Shown piece by piece: positions 43,338 to 56,000 of a DNA stretch of 64,000 bases; the first letter of the stretch is position 1, and every line of letters begins with the position of its first letter. The stretch is from Clostridia bacterium (lineage in GTDB: Bacteria; Bacillota; Clostridia; TANB77; CAG-508), in NCBI GenBank assembly GCA_036307105.1, contig JAXJYD010000008.1, positions 52,281 to 116,280 of the forward strand, written 5' to 3'. Under the pieces are notes generated by a model that saw only the letters and a program-made list of their open reading frames with translations, ran no database searches and was not told where the DNA came from. Both the position numbers and the translations under genes were made by a program.

Positions 43338-43409
43338 GGAAAATTAAATAAAAAAACAAATGCACAATTATTTTACATGAAATGTATATACGGGAAAGGA
43401 ATGATTTTA

Positions 43410-44289
43410 GTGTCTTTTTCATCTGAAATAAAACAAGAACTTAATAAAAATAATAAATTAGCAAATAAAGAAATTGTAAAATATGAATTAATAGGATATT
43501 TAATATCAGGAAATATCGATATACTAAATAAGAATAATATTAAATTTTCAACTGAGAGTGATTATAATATTAATCGTTTTTCTAAATTATTATCTAACTT
43601 AAATATAAACCATAGTATTGATATAAACCGGAAAAAACTTTTTAATAAAACTTAAAATAAAAGATATCGAAACTCTTGTTAATTATGTAGATGGAAAAAT
43701 ATTAATAAATGAAGAAACAAAAAATGAAAAGAAAGATGATAATCTAAGAGCTATGATAAGAGGAATTTTCTTAGGTTCAGGTTCTATTAATAATCCAGAA
43801 AACAAATATCATTTAGAAATAACTTTTAAACAAGAAAAAAACTTAAGTGAAATTGGTGATATATTAAAAAAATTAGGAATTAACAGTAAAAGCATGAAAA
43901 TTAAAAATAAGTATTCTATCTATCTTAAAGAAGGAGAAGAAATATCTAAATTTCTGGCTTTAATTGGAGCAAATAAGGCTGTTATGCAATTTGAAGATAT
44001 TAGAATTCAAAGAGAAATGAGAGGTAAAGTAAATAGATTAGTAAATTGTGAAACAGCAAATCTAAATAAAACTATAAATGCATCAATTGAGCAAATAGCT
44101 GCAATAAGAAAATTACAAGAAACAGGAAAGTTTAATAAGCTTAATGATAATTTAAAGGAAATAGCATTATTAAGATTAGAAAATCCAGATATAGCTTTAT
44201 CAGATTTAGGTAAATTACTTAAAGAACCTGTAGGAAAATCAGGAGTTAATTATAGGTTAAAGAAGATTATTGATATTGCAAACGAGTAG
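43410..44289 (+). CDS. whiA: DNA-binding protein WhiA (apparent frameshift near 43626-43631)
   Basis: SFSSEIKQEL N-terminus, RGIFLGSGSINNPE..YHLE, C-terminal HTH. The two ORFs join in the AACCGG region. Confidence 0.85.
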
Positions 44290-44355
44290 TTACAATTCAC
44301 AGCTAAAAATATACATGCTTCCTAGAGCAAATTTTATTGAGCCGTGAATTGTAAC
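44289..44355 (+). mobile_element. MITE-like element, short form (67 bp), same family as 42156-42375
   Basis: Same TIRs (GTTACAATTCACAGCT / AGCCGTGAATTGTAAC) and the same subterminal block. Flanked by AACGAGTA / AATGAGTA (7/8). Confidence 0.75.
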
Positions 44356-44391
44356 AATGAGTAATCAAAAAATATGAAAGGATGTTAACAA

Positions 44392-45543
44392 TTGAGCAAA
44401 AAAGAATTAGGAATATATATACATATTCCTTTTTGTAAACAAAAATGTAATTATTGTGATTTTGTTTCTTATACAAATAAATGTGATAAAATAGGAAGTT
44501 ATATAAATTGTTTAGAAAAAGAAATAAATAGTTTTGACTTTTCAAAGTATAATGTTACAACTATTTATATTGGTGGAGGAACACCATCATATATTGATAG
44601 TAAGTATATAAAACTAATATTGAATACTATTTATAAAAAAATACAGTTAGAAAAAAATGAGTTAAAGAATATTGAAATTACAATAGAAGTAAATCCAGGA
44701 ACAATAACAAAAGAAAAGTTACAGGACTATAAAGAAGCAGGTATTAATAGATTAAGCATAGGACTACAATGCGTTCAAGATAGACTTCTAAAGTTATTGG
44801 GTAGAATACACACATATGAAGAATTCCTAAATACATATAATTTAGCAAAAGAAGTAGGATTTGAGAACATAAATGTGGATTTAATGTTAGGGTTACCAAA
44901 TCAAAGTATAGAAGATTTAAAAGAAAGTTTAGATAAGATAATAGAATTAAATCCTAATCACATAAGTACTTATTCTTTGATTGTAGAAGAAGGAACAAAG
45001 ATATTTGACAAAATAGAAAACAATGAATTACAATTACCAGACGAAGAATTAGAAAGAAATATGTATTGGTATGTAAAAAATACATTAGAATTAAATGGAT
45101 ATAATCAGTACGAAATTTCAAATTTTTCTAAAAAGGGAAGAAAATCAAAACATAATATGAATTGTTGGAACCAAGAAGAATATATAGGTTTTGGTGTTGC
45201 TGCACATTCATATATAAATGACATTAGATTTTCAAATACAAACAATTTAGAAAATTATATAAAAAATATAAATAATAATGAATTTGAAAAAAACAAGCTA
45301 ATAGAAGAACAGCAAACATTGGAAGATAAGAAAAAAGAATTTATGATGTTAGGATTTAGAAAAATAGAAGGAGTAGATATTGCAAAATTTAAAGAAAAAT
45401 TTGTAGATAATCCAATATTTATATATAAGGAAAAGTTAAATAAACTAGTAGAAGAGGGATTAATTGAAATTAATTTAAATAATATTAGACTTACTAATAA
45501 AGGTATTGATTTGGCAAATTTAGTGTTTGAAGAATTTATATAA
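44392..45543 (+). CDS. hemW: radical SAM heme chaperone HemW
   Basis: CKQKCNYCDF radical-SAM cluster motif. About 383 aa. C-terminal HemN_C-like region. Confidence 0.85.
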   Translation: MSKKELGIYIHIPFCKQKCNYCDFVSYTNKCDKIGSYINCLEKEINSFDFSKYNVTTIYIGGGTPSYIDSKYIKLILNTIYKKIQLEKNELKNIEITIEVNPGTITKEKLQDYKEAGINRLSIGLQCVQDRLLKLLGRIHTYEEFLNTYNLAKEVGFENINVDLMLGLPNQSIEDLKESLDKIIELNPNHISTYSLIVEEGTKIFDKIENNELQLPDEELERNMYWYVKNTLELNGYNQYEISNFSKKGRKSKHNMNCWNQEEYIGFGVAAHSYINDIRFSNTNNLENYIKNINNNEFEKNKLIEEQQTLEDKKKEFMMLGFRKIEGVDIAKFKEKFVDNPIFIYKEKLNKLVEEGLIEINLNNIRLTNKGIDLANLVFEEFI

Positions 45544-45635
45544 AAAGAAAAAATGTTCGTAAAAAGTATTGACAAATTTAAAATTTGAAGATACAATAAA
45601 GGCGAACATTTTTTTAGTGTATTTGGAGGTGTAAC

Positions 45636-47268
45636 ATGATATTAACATTACATATAAAAAATATAGGTATTATAGAAGATTTAAGTATAGATTTAAATAA
45701 TGGTTTAAATGTATTAACAGGTGAAACAGGTGCTGGAAAGACATTAATAATAGATTCTCTTCAAATTATATCAGGTGGTAGATTTTCAAAAGAAATGATT
45801 AGAAAGGGAGAATCGAATTCTTTTGTAGAATTATGTATGTATGAACCAGATTGTGAAAATTCAGAAGATGGAAATATAATAGTTTCTAGAGAAATTAATT
45901 CAAATGGTAAAAACATGTGTAAAATTAATGGAAGAATGGCTACAGTTAATGAGTTAAAAGAATTTATGAAAAAATTTATAGAAATTCATGGGCAGAATGA
46001 AAATCAAAATCTTTTAGATAATAAAAAACATTTAGGGTATTTAGATGGATTTTCTGGAAATGACTTACTTAAATTAACAAATAAATATAAAAAATTATAT
46101 AATGAATATAATGAAATTAAAAGAGAATTAAAAGTAAATTTTGGTGATGATAAGGAAAAACAAAGAAAATTAGACTTGTTACAATATCAAATAAACGAAA
46201 TAGAAGAGGCAAACTTAAAATTAAATGAAGATGAAGAATTAGAAGAAAAAAGAAAAATTATGCAAAATTCAGAAAAGATAAATGAAAATTTACGGACAAG
46301 CTGATGCTTTGATTTCAGATAATGGAATAGATAGTATTAGTATGGCGATAAGACATTTAGAAAAAATAGAAAGTATAGATAAAAAATATGAACTAGCTTC
46401 AAGTACTTTAAAAAGCATTTATTATGAATTACAAGAATTATCAAGAGATTTAAGTGATTATAAACAAGAAATTTGTTTTGATGAAGAAGAAAGAGATTAT
46501 ATTGAAGAAAGATTAGATCTAATTAATTCATTAAAAAGAAAATATGGAAACACAATAAAAGAAATTTTAAATTATAAAGAAGAAATAGAAGAAGAAATAG
46601 AAAAAATAGAAAATTTAGAAGAATATAATAATAAATTAAAATTACAAAAACAGAAAATAGAAAATGAAATGAACACATTAGCAAATAAAATGCATGATAT
46701 TAGAGTAAATAAATCTAAAGATTTAATGAATAATATTAATAATGAATTAGTAGAATTAGAAATGAAAAATGCAAAAATAAATATTCATGTAGATTATTTA
46801 GAAAATGAATTCTTAAAAGATGGTAAAGATAATGTCACATTTTATATTACGACTAATGTAGGAGAAGATGAAAAAGAATTATCAAAGATAGCATCAGGAG
46901 GAGAGATGTCTAGAATTATGCTTGCGATAAAAAAAGTTTTAGCAGAAACCGATAAAATGCCTGTACTAGTATTTGATGAAATAGATACAGGAATAAGTGG
47001 AAAAGCAGCAAATTCAGTTGCAAATAAATTAAAAGCCATATCTAAAAGCCATCAAGTACTATGTATTTCACATTTACCTAACATTGCAGCAGCTGCAGAT
47101 TATAATTATTTTATTAGTAAAAATATTAAACAAGAAAGAACTAAAACTCAAATAAAATTATTAAAAGAAAATGAGGTAATAAGAGAAATTGCAAGAATTT
47201 CATCAGGAGAGATAAATGATATTACATTAAAATATGCAACAGAATTACGAAATAAAAAAGCCTCATAA
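45636..47268 (+). CDS. recN: DNA repair protein RecN (apparent frameshift near 46286-46293)
   Basis: N-terminal GETGAGKT, coiled coil, C-terminal ASGGEMSRIMLA and LVFDEIDTGISG. Confidence 0.9.
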
Positions 47269-47279
47269 TTATACAAAAA

Positions 47280-47321
47280 AGAACACTATAAAAATTGTTA
47301 TTAGTATATTTATAGTGTTCT
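47280..47321. terminator. bidirectional terminator between convergent recN and the VWA gene
   Basis: Perfect 13-bp stem AGAACACTATAAA / TTTATAGTGTTCT. Confidence 0.7.
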
Positions 47322-47334
47322 ATTATAATCAAAA

Positions 47335-48675
47335 TTATTTCATTTTCTTATTTATTAATATTAGTTTTCCAGCAGATAATACAAAAATTATTAATAATAT
47401 AGATCCTGCAAAGATAAGTGTTGTTAATCCTGCTTTAGGCAATACTGGAGGTGGTTCTACAAGTTTTAATTTTGGAGTTACATCAGAAGTTTTAGCTACT
47501 GTAGAATTATTATAGTCTGTATAAGTAATATCAACTTTTTCATTAGTATTTAATATTTTTCCTACAATTTCACTATTAAAGTTTTCTTTTAACTTTAATT
47601 TGTATTGAACAGTTGCAGTTTGGCCTACAGCTAGTTCTGGAATAGTCCAAGTAATTGAATTATTTGATTTATCTATTTCAGCAGAGATATTACCAATATT
47701 AGCTTGTGAAACATAAGCAAAATCAAAATTATCTACAATTTCTTTTGGAAAATAATCAATAATTTTTAAATTTTTGAATGTTTTATCAGTAGATACCAAT
47801 GAATTATAAATATCATTTATTGTATTTTCAATCTTGTTGTCAGTTATATAATAAAATTCTCCCGCGGTTGGGTTTTCTGGTGTTCCAAAAATTTCTGAAA
47901 TAATTGCACCAAATGATTTGGTAGTTGTTGCTGGAATATAGCTTTCATCAGATATACCTGTCAACATAGTTATAAGGTTAATTCCAGCAGATGATATTTG
48001 TTGTAAACAAGATTTAGTTTTTGAAATAACATCGTCTGAATAATATGTTTTATCATAATCTATAGCAACATTAGGAACACCATCAGTTAAAACAATCATA
48101 TATTTATTGTTTTGTTCAGAAGTAAATAGTGTGTTTGCTATAGATAATCCAGACTCTAGATTTGTTCTTGGACCATTTGTTTCAATAGTATCTATAGCAT
48201 TTGATAAACTATTTGCATTATTACTTAAGTTAAAAGTTACTGTTGCATCCTCAATTGTTCCTTCTTTGCTAATATCAGTATTAGTAGAAAAACTAACAAT
48301 TCCAATTTTTAATGAATTATTATCTTTTAAAAGATTTGTAACCAAATTTTTAGCAGAATTAAATACAAGATTTTTCCTGATTTCTCCAGTAGATGTTTGT
48401 TCTTTCATACTATCTGAATTGTCTAATACTAAAACTACTTCTCCTGATGGTTTCTCTGAATTTTCTTCGTTTGTTACTTGTAATTGTAAAGTTACTTCTT
48501 TATTAGTTAAATCTTTTGCAATTAATTTTTTTTCGAATTTTGAATTTTCACCTATATTAATTGTACAAACAGGTTCTTCTACAACACTCATAGTTACTGT
48601 ACTATAAGAGGCAAACGAAATATTTGTAATTAATATTATTATTAAAAATATTGTTAAAAATACTGTTTTTTTCAT
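47335..48675 (-). CDS. secreted VWA-domain surface protein with sortase-type C-terminal anchor
   Basis: Signal peptide, MIDAS DNSDS motif, beta-rich C-domain, then LPKAG plus a hydrophobic segment plus a basic tail. Confidence 0.78.
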   Translation of the reverse strand: MKKTVFLTIFLIIILITNISFASYSTVTMSVVEEPVCTINIGENSKFEKKLIAKDLTNKEVTLQLQVTNEENSEKPSGEVVLVLDNSDSMKEQTSTGEIRKNLVFNSAKNLVTNLLKDNNSLKIGIVSFSTNTDISKEGTIEDATVTFNLSNNANSLSNAIDTIETNGPRTNLESGLSIANTLFTSEQNNKYMIVLTDGVPNVAIDYDKTYYSDDVISKTKSCLQQISSAGINLITMLTGISDESYIPATTTKSFGAIISEIFGTPENPTAGEFYYITDNKIENTINDIYNSLVSTDKTFKNLKIIDYFPKEIVDNFDFAYVSQANIGNISAEIDKSNNSITWTIPELAVGQTATVQYKLKLKENFNSEIVGKILNTNEKVDITYTDYNNSTVAKTSDVTPKLKLVEPPPVLPKAGLTTLIFAGSILLIIFVLSAGKLILINKKMK

Positions 48676-48811
48676 TATTTATCAATCTCCTTTTATAAAT
48701 CTATACTAATATTTTACCATAAAAGTTAGAAAAATCAACAAAAATAGGAGAAAAAGATAAAAAAACAAATATCCATCTAAAAATTTCGTGAATATAAATT
48801 TAAAAAATCTA

Positions 48812-48840
48812 TTGTAAAATTCAGAAAAATATGATAAAAT
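48812..48840 (+). promoter_or_regulatory. promoter of the pheST leader
   Basis: TTGTAA, 17-nt spacer, TG-n-TAAAAT. Confidence 0.55.
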
Positions 48841-48902
48841 TTTAAATATAGTTAAAAATAAAGCCAATTAAAAAGCAAAGTATATTTACATATAAAAATA
48901 TT

Positions 48903-49107
48903 CTAAGAGAGAATGACAATAGCTGAAAGTCATTTAATATTTGGGTAAATAGAAATTTCACTTTTTAGGTCTTTTCTTGAAATAATAGTAGAGAAAAGCG
49001 GTTGTACCGTTAAAACTTTAATGAGGTTAGATAAATCTAATAAAATTAGGTGGTACCACGAAAGATAAGCCATTTCGTCCTATTAAGTTTAGGAGAAGTG
49101 GCTTTTT
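48903..49107 (+). promoter_or_regulatory. T-box riboswitch leader, Phe-specific
   Basis: AGAGA box. Candidate UUC specifier at 48957-48959 followed by A. T-box AAATTAGGTGGTACCACG at 49043-49060. Terminator stem 49067-49104 plus a T-run. Confidence 0.8.
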
Positions 49108-49155
49108 AGATGCAATTGAATTTTGAAAAATTTAATTGAAGGGATGTTGAAATAA

Positions 49156-49461
49156 ATGGATAATAGAAAATGTTTAGTGTATTATTTTGATTCTAAAAAA
49201 TATAATTATGCAAAGGTACAAGAAAGCATTGATGAAACAAAAAAAGAATATGGAAAAAAAGATATTGAAGTAAATGTTGAAATTAATGAATATGGAATGT
49301 ATGTAATTACATTTAATATCAAAAACAAAAATACTTTTTTTAATAAAATAAGATTGTTTTTTAGAAAGAAAAATAAGCCATTATTGCAAGAAAGCAATAA
49401 AAAAGATGAAGAGAAAGTATATGGAAAATATAAATGTGGAATTTTATATCATCCATATTAA
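49156..49461 (+). CDS. hypothetical 101-aa protein between the T-box and pheS
   Basis: Open frame with a weak RBS. No motif. Confidence 0.35.
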   Translation: MDNRKCLVYYFDSKKYNYAKVQESIDETKKEYGKKDIEVNVEINEYGMYVITFNIKNKNTFFNKIRLFFRKKNKPLLQESNKKDEEKVYGKYKCGILYHPY

Positions 49462-49514
49462 ATATGTATAAAAAGATATATTTAATTAAAGAAAAGAAAG
49501 GATTGAAACTTAAA

Positions 49515-50534
49515 ATGAAAGAAGAGGTTTTAAAAATTAAAAAAGATTCACTTGAAGCAATTAATAACTGTAAAACAATTCAAAACTTAAATGAATGTAA
49601 AGTTAAATATTTAGGAAAAAAAGGTGAATTGACAACGGTATTAAGAGGTATGGGAAAATTAAGCCCAGAAGAAAGACCAGTAGTAGGAAGCTTGGTAAAT
49701 GAAGTAAGGGATGAATTAAATACAGCTTTTGAAGAAAAACAAAAAGAATTAGAAAAAGCTGAATTGCTAAGAAAATTAGAAACAGAAAATATTGATGTTA
49801 CTGAACCAAGTAAAAAAATAGATTTGGGTTCGCTTCATCCAATTACACAAATAATTGATGAAGTATCAGAAATATTTCTAGGTATGGGATATGAAATTGC
49901 AGATGGGCCAGAAGTTGAGAAAGCAATATACAATTTTGATAAACTAAATACACCACCAGACCATCCAGCAAGAGATATACAAGATACATTTTATATAAAT
50001 GATAACATAGTATTAAGAAGTCAAACATCACCAGTACAGGCAAGAGTAATGGAAAATAAGAAACCGCCAATAAAAATAATATGTCCAGGTGCAGTTTATC
50101 GTTCTGATAGTGTTGATAGTACACATTCACCTGTGTTCCATCAAGTAGAAGGGTTAGTGGTTGATAAAAATATTTCTATGACAGATTTAAAAGGAACATT
50201 AGAAATGTTTGCTAAAAAATGTTTAGGAAAAGATACAAAATTAAGATTTAGACCACATCATTTTCCTTTTACAGAACCTAGTGCAGAAGTAGATGTATCA
50301 TGCTTTGTATGTGGTGGAAAAGGATGTAGAGTTTGTAAAAACGAAGGTTGGATAGAGCTTCTAGGATGTGGAATGGTTCATCCAAATGTTTTAAAAAACT
50401 GTGGAATTGATCCAGAAATTTATTCAGGATTTGCATTTGGATTTGGAGTAGAGAGAATTGCTATGGCGAAATTCGGAATAGATGACATGAGATTATTATT
50501 TGAAAATGATATCAGATTTTTAAAACAATTTTAA
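49515..50534 (+). CDS. pheS: phenylalanine--tRNA ligase alpha subunit
   Basis: [33 protein letters not shown] at 49515 follows GAAAGGA. Confidence 0.95.
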   Translation: MKEEVLKIKKDSLEAINNCKTIQNLNECKVKYLGKKGELTTVLRGMGKLSPEERPVVGSLVNEVRDELNTAFEEKQKELEKAELLRKLETENIDVTEPSKKIDLGSLHPITQIIDEVSEIFLGMGYEIADGPEVEKAIYNFDKLNTPPDHPARDIQDTFYINDNIVLRSQTSPVQARVMENKKPPIKIICPGAVYRSDSVDSTHSPVFHQVEGLVVDKNISMTDLKGTLEMFAKKCLGKDTKLRFRPHHFPFTEPSAEVDVSCFVCGGKGCRVCKNEGWIELLGCGMVHPNVLKNCGIDPEIYSGFAFGFGVERIAMAKFGIDDMRLLFENDIRFLKQF

Positions 50535-50556
50535 AAAAATATATAAGGAGAAAGTT

Positions 50557-52960
50557 ATGAAAGCAAGTATAGAGTGGTTAAAAGAATATTGTGATATAGA
50601 TGTAGATACTATAAAATTAGGTGATATTTTAACAATGACAGGTTCTAAAGTTGAAACTATAGAGCAAAGAGGAAAAAATATAAAAAATGTTGTTGTTGGA
50701 AAAATATTAGAAATAAAAAAACATGAAGATTCAGATCATTTGGTTGTAACACAAGTGGACCTGGGTAATGAAAAGGTTCAAATTGTAACAGGAGCAGATA
50801 ATATAAAAGAAGGTGATATTGTTCCTATTGCAAAAGATGGATCTGAGTTACCTGGTGGAATTAAAATAAAAAAAGGAAACTTAAGAGGCGTAGAATCTTG
50901 TGGTATGATGTGTTCAGTAGGAGAATTAGGATTAGATATTGTAGACTATCCAGGACAAATCGAACATGGAATAATGATTTTAGATAAAAGTTTTGAATCA
51001 AAATTAGGAGAAGATATTGTAAAAGTATTAAATTTAGAAGAAGATATTATAGATTTTGAAATAACACCTAATAGACCAGATTGTTTATCAATAGAAGGAT
51101 TAGGAAGAGAAACTGCAGTATCACTTGGAAAAACATTTAAAAATCCTAGAAAAAATATTGATGATTTAAAAGTTGAAGATAAAAAAGAATTAGAGGGATT
51201 AACTGTTGATATTGAAGCACCTGACTTGTGTTACAGATATATAGCTCGTGTAGTTAAAAATGTAAAAATTGGTCAATCACCTGATTGGATGAAGAGAAGA
51301 TTAAAAGCTTGTGGAATAAGAAGTATAAATAACATAGTAGATATTACAAATTATGTTATGCTAGAAATGGGTCAACCAATGCATGCTTTTGACATTAATT
51401 CAATTGAAGGAAAACACATTACAGTTAGAAGAGCAAAAAATGGAGAGAAGATAACAACATTAGATGAAGAAGATAGAATATTAAATGAAGATGACTTAGT
51501 AATTGCAGACGATAAAAAAGCAGTTGCAATTGCTGGAGTTATGGGAGGAATAAACTCTGAAATTGAAAATGATACTAAAACAGTAGTATTTGAATCAGCT
51601 TCTTTCTATGGAGGAAGTGTTAGAAAAACAGCAAAAAAAAGTCGGATTAAGAACAGAAAGCTCATCTAGATTTGAAAAAGGACTATCTTCAGAAAATGCA
51701 TTAAGAGCAATAAACAGAGCTGTAGAACTCGTAGAATTAATAGGCGCAGGAGAAGTGGTAGACGGAAAAATTGATGTATATCCAACTAAACAAAAAATAA
51801 ATAAAATTAAATTAGATTATGACAGAATAAATGGTTTACTTGGAACAAATTTATCTAAAGAAGAAATGAAAAATATTTTAGAAAAATTAGATATAAAAGT
51901 TGAAAATGATGTAGCAACAGCACCATATTTTAGAATGGATTTAGAATTCCTAGCAGATATAGCTGAAGAAGTTGTTAGATTTTATGGATATGACAAATTA
52001 GAAACTACACTTATAAAAGCAGATACAACTATAGGTGTTTTAAATAAAGAACAAAAAATAGAGAAAAATATAAAACAAGTATTAGTAAATAATGGTTTAT
52101 CAGAAATTTATACATATGGATTCGTAAGTGAAAAAGATTTCGAGAAATCAAATATTGATAAAAAAATAATAAATCAATCAATTACTATTTTAAACCCATT
52201 AAGTGATGAGTATAAACTTATGAGACCATCAACTTTACCTAGTATGATGCAGATATTATCATTAAATGCAAATAAGAAAAATCAAGATGTTAAATTATTT
52301 GATATTTCAAGAAATTATAAAAATGTAAATGGTGAAGTAGAAAAAGGAGAAGTTCCACTTCAAGAAAATATTTTAACAATTGGAATGTATGGAAAAGATG
52401 TTGATTTTTACACATTAAAAGGATTAATAGAAAATGTATTAGATATATCTAATATTAATAGATTTGATATAGAAAAAGAAACTAATAATGGTTCATATCA
52501 TCCAGGAAGATGTGCAAATATAAAAGTTGGAATAGATGTAATTGCAACAATAGGAGAGGTTCATCCAGAAGTATTGAACAACTACGATATAGAAAAAAGA
52601 GTTTATGTAGCGGAAGTAAATATAACAAAACTTACAAAATATTCTAAATCAAACAAAAAATATGTAGAAGTTCCAAAATTCCCAGCTGTTGAAAGAGATA
52701 TAGCGGTAATTGTAGATGAAAAGGTAGAAGTTGGTCAAATAGAAAAAATAATTATAAAGAAAAGTAAAAAATGGTTAGAAGAAGCAAAATTATTTGACAT
52801 ATATAGAAGTGACAAACTAGGTCAAAATAAGAAAAGTATTGCATATAGCTTAATATTTAGAGACAAAAATAAAACTTTAAGTGATCAAGAAATAAATACT
52901 ACTATGGAAAGTATTATAACAGAATTAGAAAAAACATTAGGTGCAGAGCTTAGAAAATAA
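50557..52960 (+). CDS. pheT: phenylalanine--tRNA ligase beta subunit (apparent frameshift in the A8 run at 51633-51640)
   Basis: tRNA-binding, B3/4, B5 and FDX-ACB regions are spread over two frames. Removing one A restores ..TAKKVGLRTESSSRFEKG.. Confidence 0.92.
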
Positions 52961-53097
52961 AATGTTAGATAATTAGCGTGAAAGAGTCATTTTAATACGG
53001 GTAAGCTTTATTTGGTTATACCCGTATTAAAGTTATAATAAATATTTACTTGTAAAACAGTATGAATATAAAATTTATAAATAAAAGAGGTAAAAAT

Positions 53098-56000
53098 ATG
53101 TTTAAAAGGGTAAGAAATATTTATACTAGAATGATCACTCTGTTTAGGAATAATCATATACAGAAAATAGAAAACATAGATTATGAAAAAATTATTTCTT
53201 TAATGCAAGAAAAAGGAATATATGATGAGTTCAAAAAAGAAATAGAGAATTTTGAACAAATAGATGAGCTTATGAATAATAAAACAAATTTACATGGGAC
53301 AAATCATATTGTAAGAGTTCTTTTTAATTGTTATGCTATAATGGCACTAGAAAACATTGGAGTTGATGATAAAAAAATCATTGTGGAAGCTGTAAAATTA
53401 CATGATATAGGAAGAATTGGAGACGGCGAAGATAGAGAACACGGAGAAAAAGGAGCGATAAAAGCAAAACAAATAATGGAAAGGAAAGGATTTTCACAAG
53501 ATGAAATTGATAAGATTTGTTTTATAATAAAAGAACACTGCTTATCAAAAAAACAAAATGAGAAGGATATAGAAAATTTACCTCAAGAAAAACAAAAAGA
53601 ATACAGTTTTTTGCTTAATGTATTAAAAGACGCAGATAAGTTAGACCGAGTACGTCTAGGAGATTTAGATCCAAAAAGATTATCATTAGAAAATTCAAAA
53701 AGACTTGTAGAAGTAGCAAAAGATATTTTTTATAATAATAAATACTATTATAAAAAGAAGTTAAAAGTATATCCATTTAATGAGCAAGAAGCAATTAAAA
53801 TGCTTGAACGAATAAAAAATACAGTTTCTGATACAAATATTGATATGGAAGAAATAAAAAACAATTTTAGTACATATAAATCTATTGTTGAGCAGGGAAA
53901 AATCGATTGGCTAAAAATTAAAAGTGATATACCATTTAATAATTTTTTGGAGATAATAGATAATGTATCAAAAGAAGAAATGGAATATTTGCAAATGAAT
54001 AATTTAGCTGGTAGAAAATGTATAGTAAATGCTATATATGACATGAGACTAAATAAATTTATGCAGTTAAAGTCGGATAAAAAATTAGATTGTTTTATGG
54101 ATATACATAATTATAAAAGATTAATAGAAAGTATGACAGATGAAGAAAAGAATTTGATAATAGAATTTACAAACAATGATTTATACAAGGAAGTTATTCC
54201 ATCATTTTATATTTATTATTATTTAATCAAAAATTTTACTAAAGAAGAAATTGATATTGTATTACAAGCCTGTAAAGACCAATTAGATTATTACAATGAT
54301 AGAACTAGTGATAATGATTCTGGATATAAATGGTCAAAACAACTTTTTGTAGTACCAATACAATATAAAATTGCACTTGTAAAAAAAATAGGATCTGAAA
54401 AATTAAAAGAATTAAAGGAAAAAACTAATGTACCATTAAATATAATAATGGCTTCAATTTGGGACTTAAATTTGTTTTTGGATGAAAAAGAAACAAAAGG
54501 AGAAGATATTGAAAAAATAATAAAAAATTATAATAAATACAAATTAGATGTACTAACAGAAAAAGATGCAGATGGCAGGCAAAAAATGATAAGTATGTTA
54601 TTAAGTTTACCAGATGATATAGGTCCTGAATATGAAGAAATAATTAAAGAATGTTTAATAGGAAGATTTAGTAAATTGAATATTAACAGCTTTGAAAAAA
54701 TGAAAAATTATCAAAAAATATGTGATGAAAAAATATTACAAGAGTTTGAGGAAAATGATAATATACAGGAAATAAAAAACTTGATATTTCAAACTAAAAT
54801 TAAAGATTTAAATGGTCTTAAAAGGGATATTTATTTCTATGGAAAGTATAATCCGGAAGATGCAAGGCAAAATGAAGTATACAATTATTTTATGAGTATA
54901 TTTAAATGTGAAAATAAGGAAGAGCTTTTAGATAGTTATATGAAAATTGATAATTTAAGCCAAGAATTCTATTTTGACGAGTTATTAAATGAGTTAAAAG
55001 ATAGTTTGTCATCAACATCAAAAAAAGATATTGTATCAAAAATGGGTGAAATGCAAGAAAAAGTAAAACATACAGAAGGCAAAACTATAGAAGGAAAAAA
55101 GGTAATTGATTTAACTGGTACGAAGTTTAATTTACTAATATCAGTAATTGGATCTGAGGGTAGTGCTTATTTGTTAGAGTACTATAATAAAATCATAGAT
55201 TCATCTTATAATAACAGAAAAAAGAAAAAGAAAATCAAAAATGGAATAAAAAAAAGAGTAAGAAAAAGATATAAAATAGATCCTTTGAAAAATAAACAAA
55301 GATGTGTTTCTAGTATAGATGAGGACTTTTTGGGACATGTACAAAGTACAAAGAATATGGAAAATAAAAGACAGACTGAAAATAAACTAATTTTGGCATA
55401 TTTTCCTAAAAACACTACAGACATATACTGGATGGGAAATTATGATTTAATGACAATTTATGATAAAGAAAGAAATGACCCAACAAGAAAAAGAATTCCT
55501 CATAAAGATAATTTGAATAATATATGTAATTTAAAATTAGAAGACTTAAATGCAATAACGGTAGGAGATGATAATGAAATTGTTATAGATTCATATCCTG
55601 GAGCAGTTATGTGTTTTGATCACATTTCTGATGTATCTTACAAAACATCAAAAAGATATAATATTCCAATTTTATATATAGATTCAAAAGAACAATTTAG
55701 AATTATGAAACAGAGATTATATAAATACTATGATGAGGTTCAACAAAATATTTTAGAAAATACTGAAATAGGAGAAGATGTTTTTAATAAAGCTTTTCAT
55801 TTATTTGAGCAAAATAATAATATTATACATAGAGCATTTAAAATGGCAAATAGTTTTACTTACTTAGATGATGACGAATATCCTAAAGAAGAATTAATAG
55901 AAATATTCGATAGAATGAAATTATTAGTGAAAGAAAGTTTAAATAAGTGTAACAAAAGACAAAAACAACAAATACAAGATTTTATGAAAAAAGAAGCAGA

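Noticed and set aside
51633-51640. Programmed ribosomal frameshifting at the A8 run in pheT (and similar sites in ffh and trmD).
   Set aside because: There are nine independent breaks of mixed sign, some outside slippery runs, in genes never known to use recoding. Sequencing indels are far more likely.
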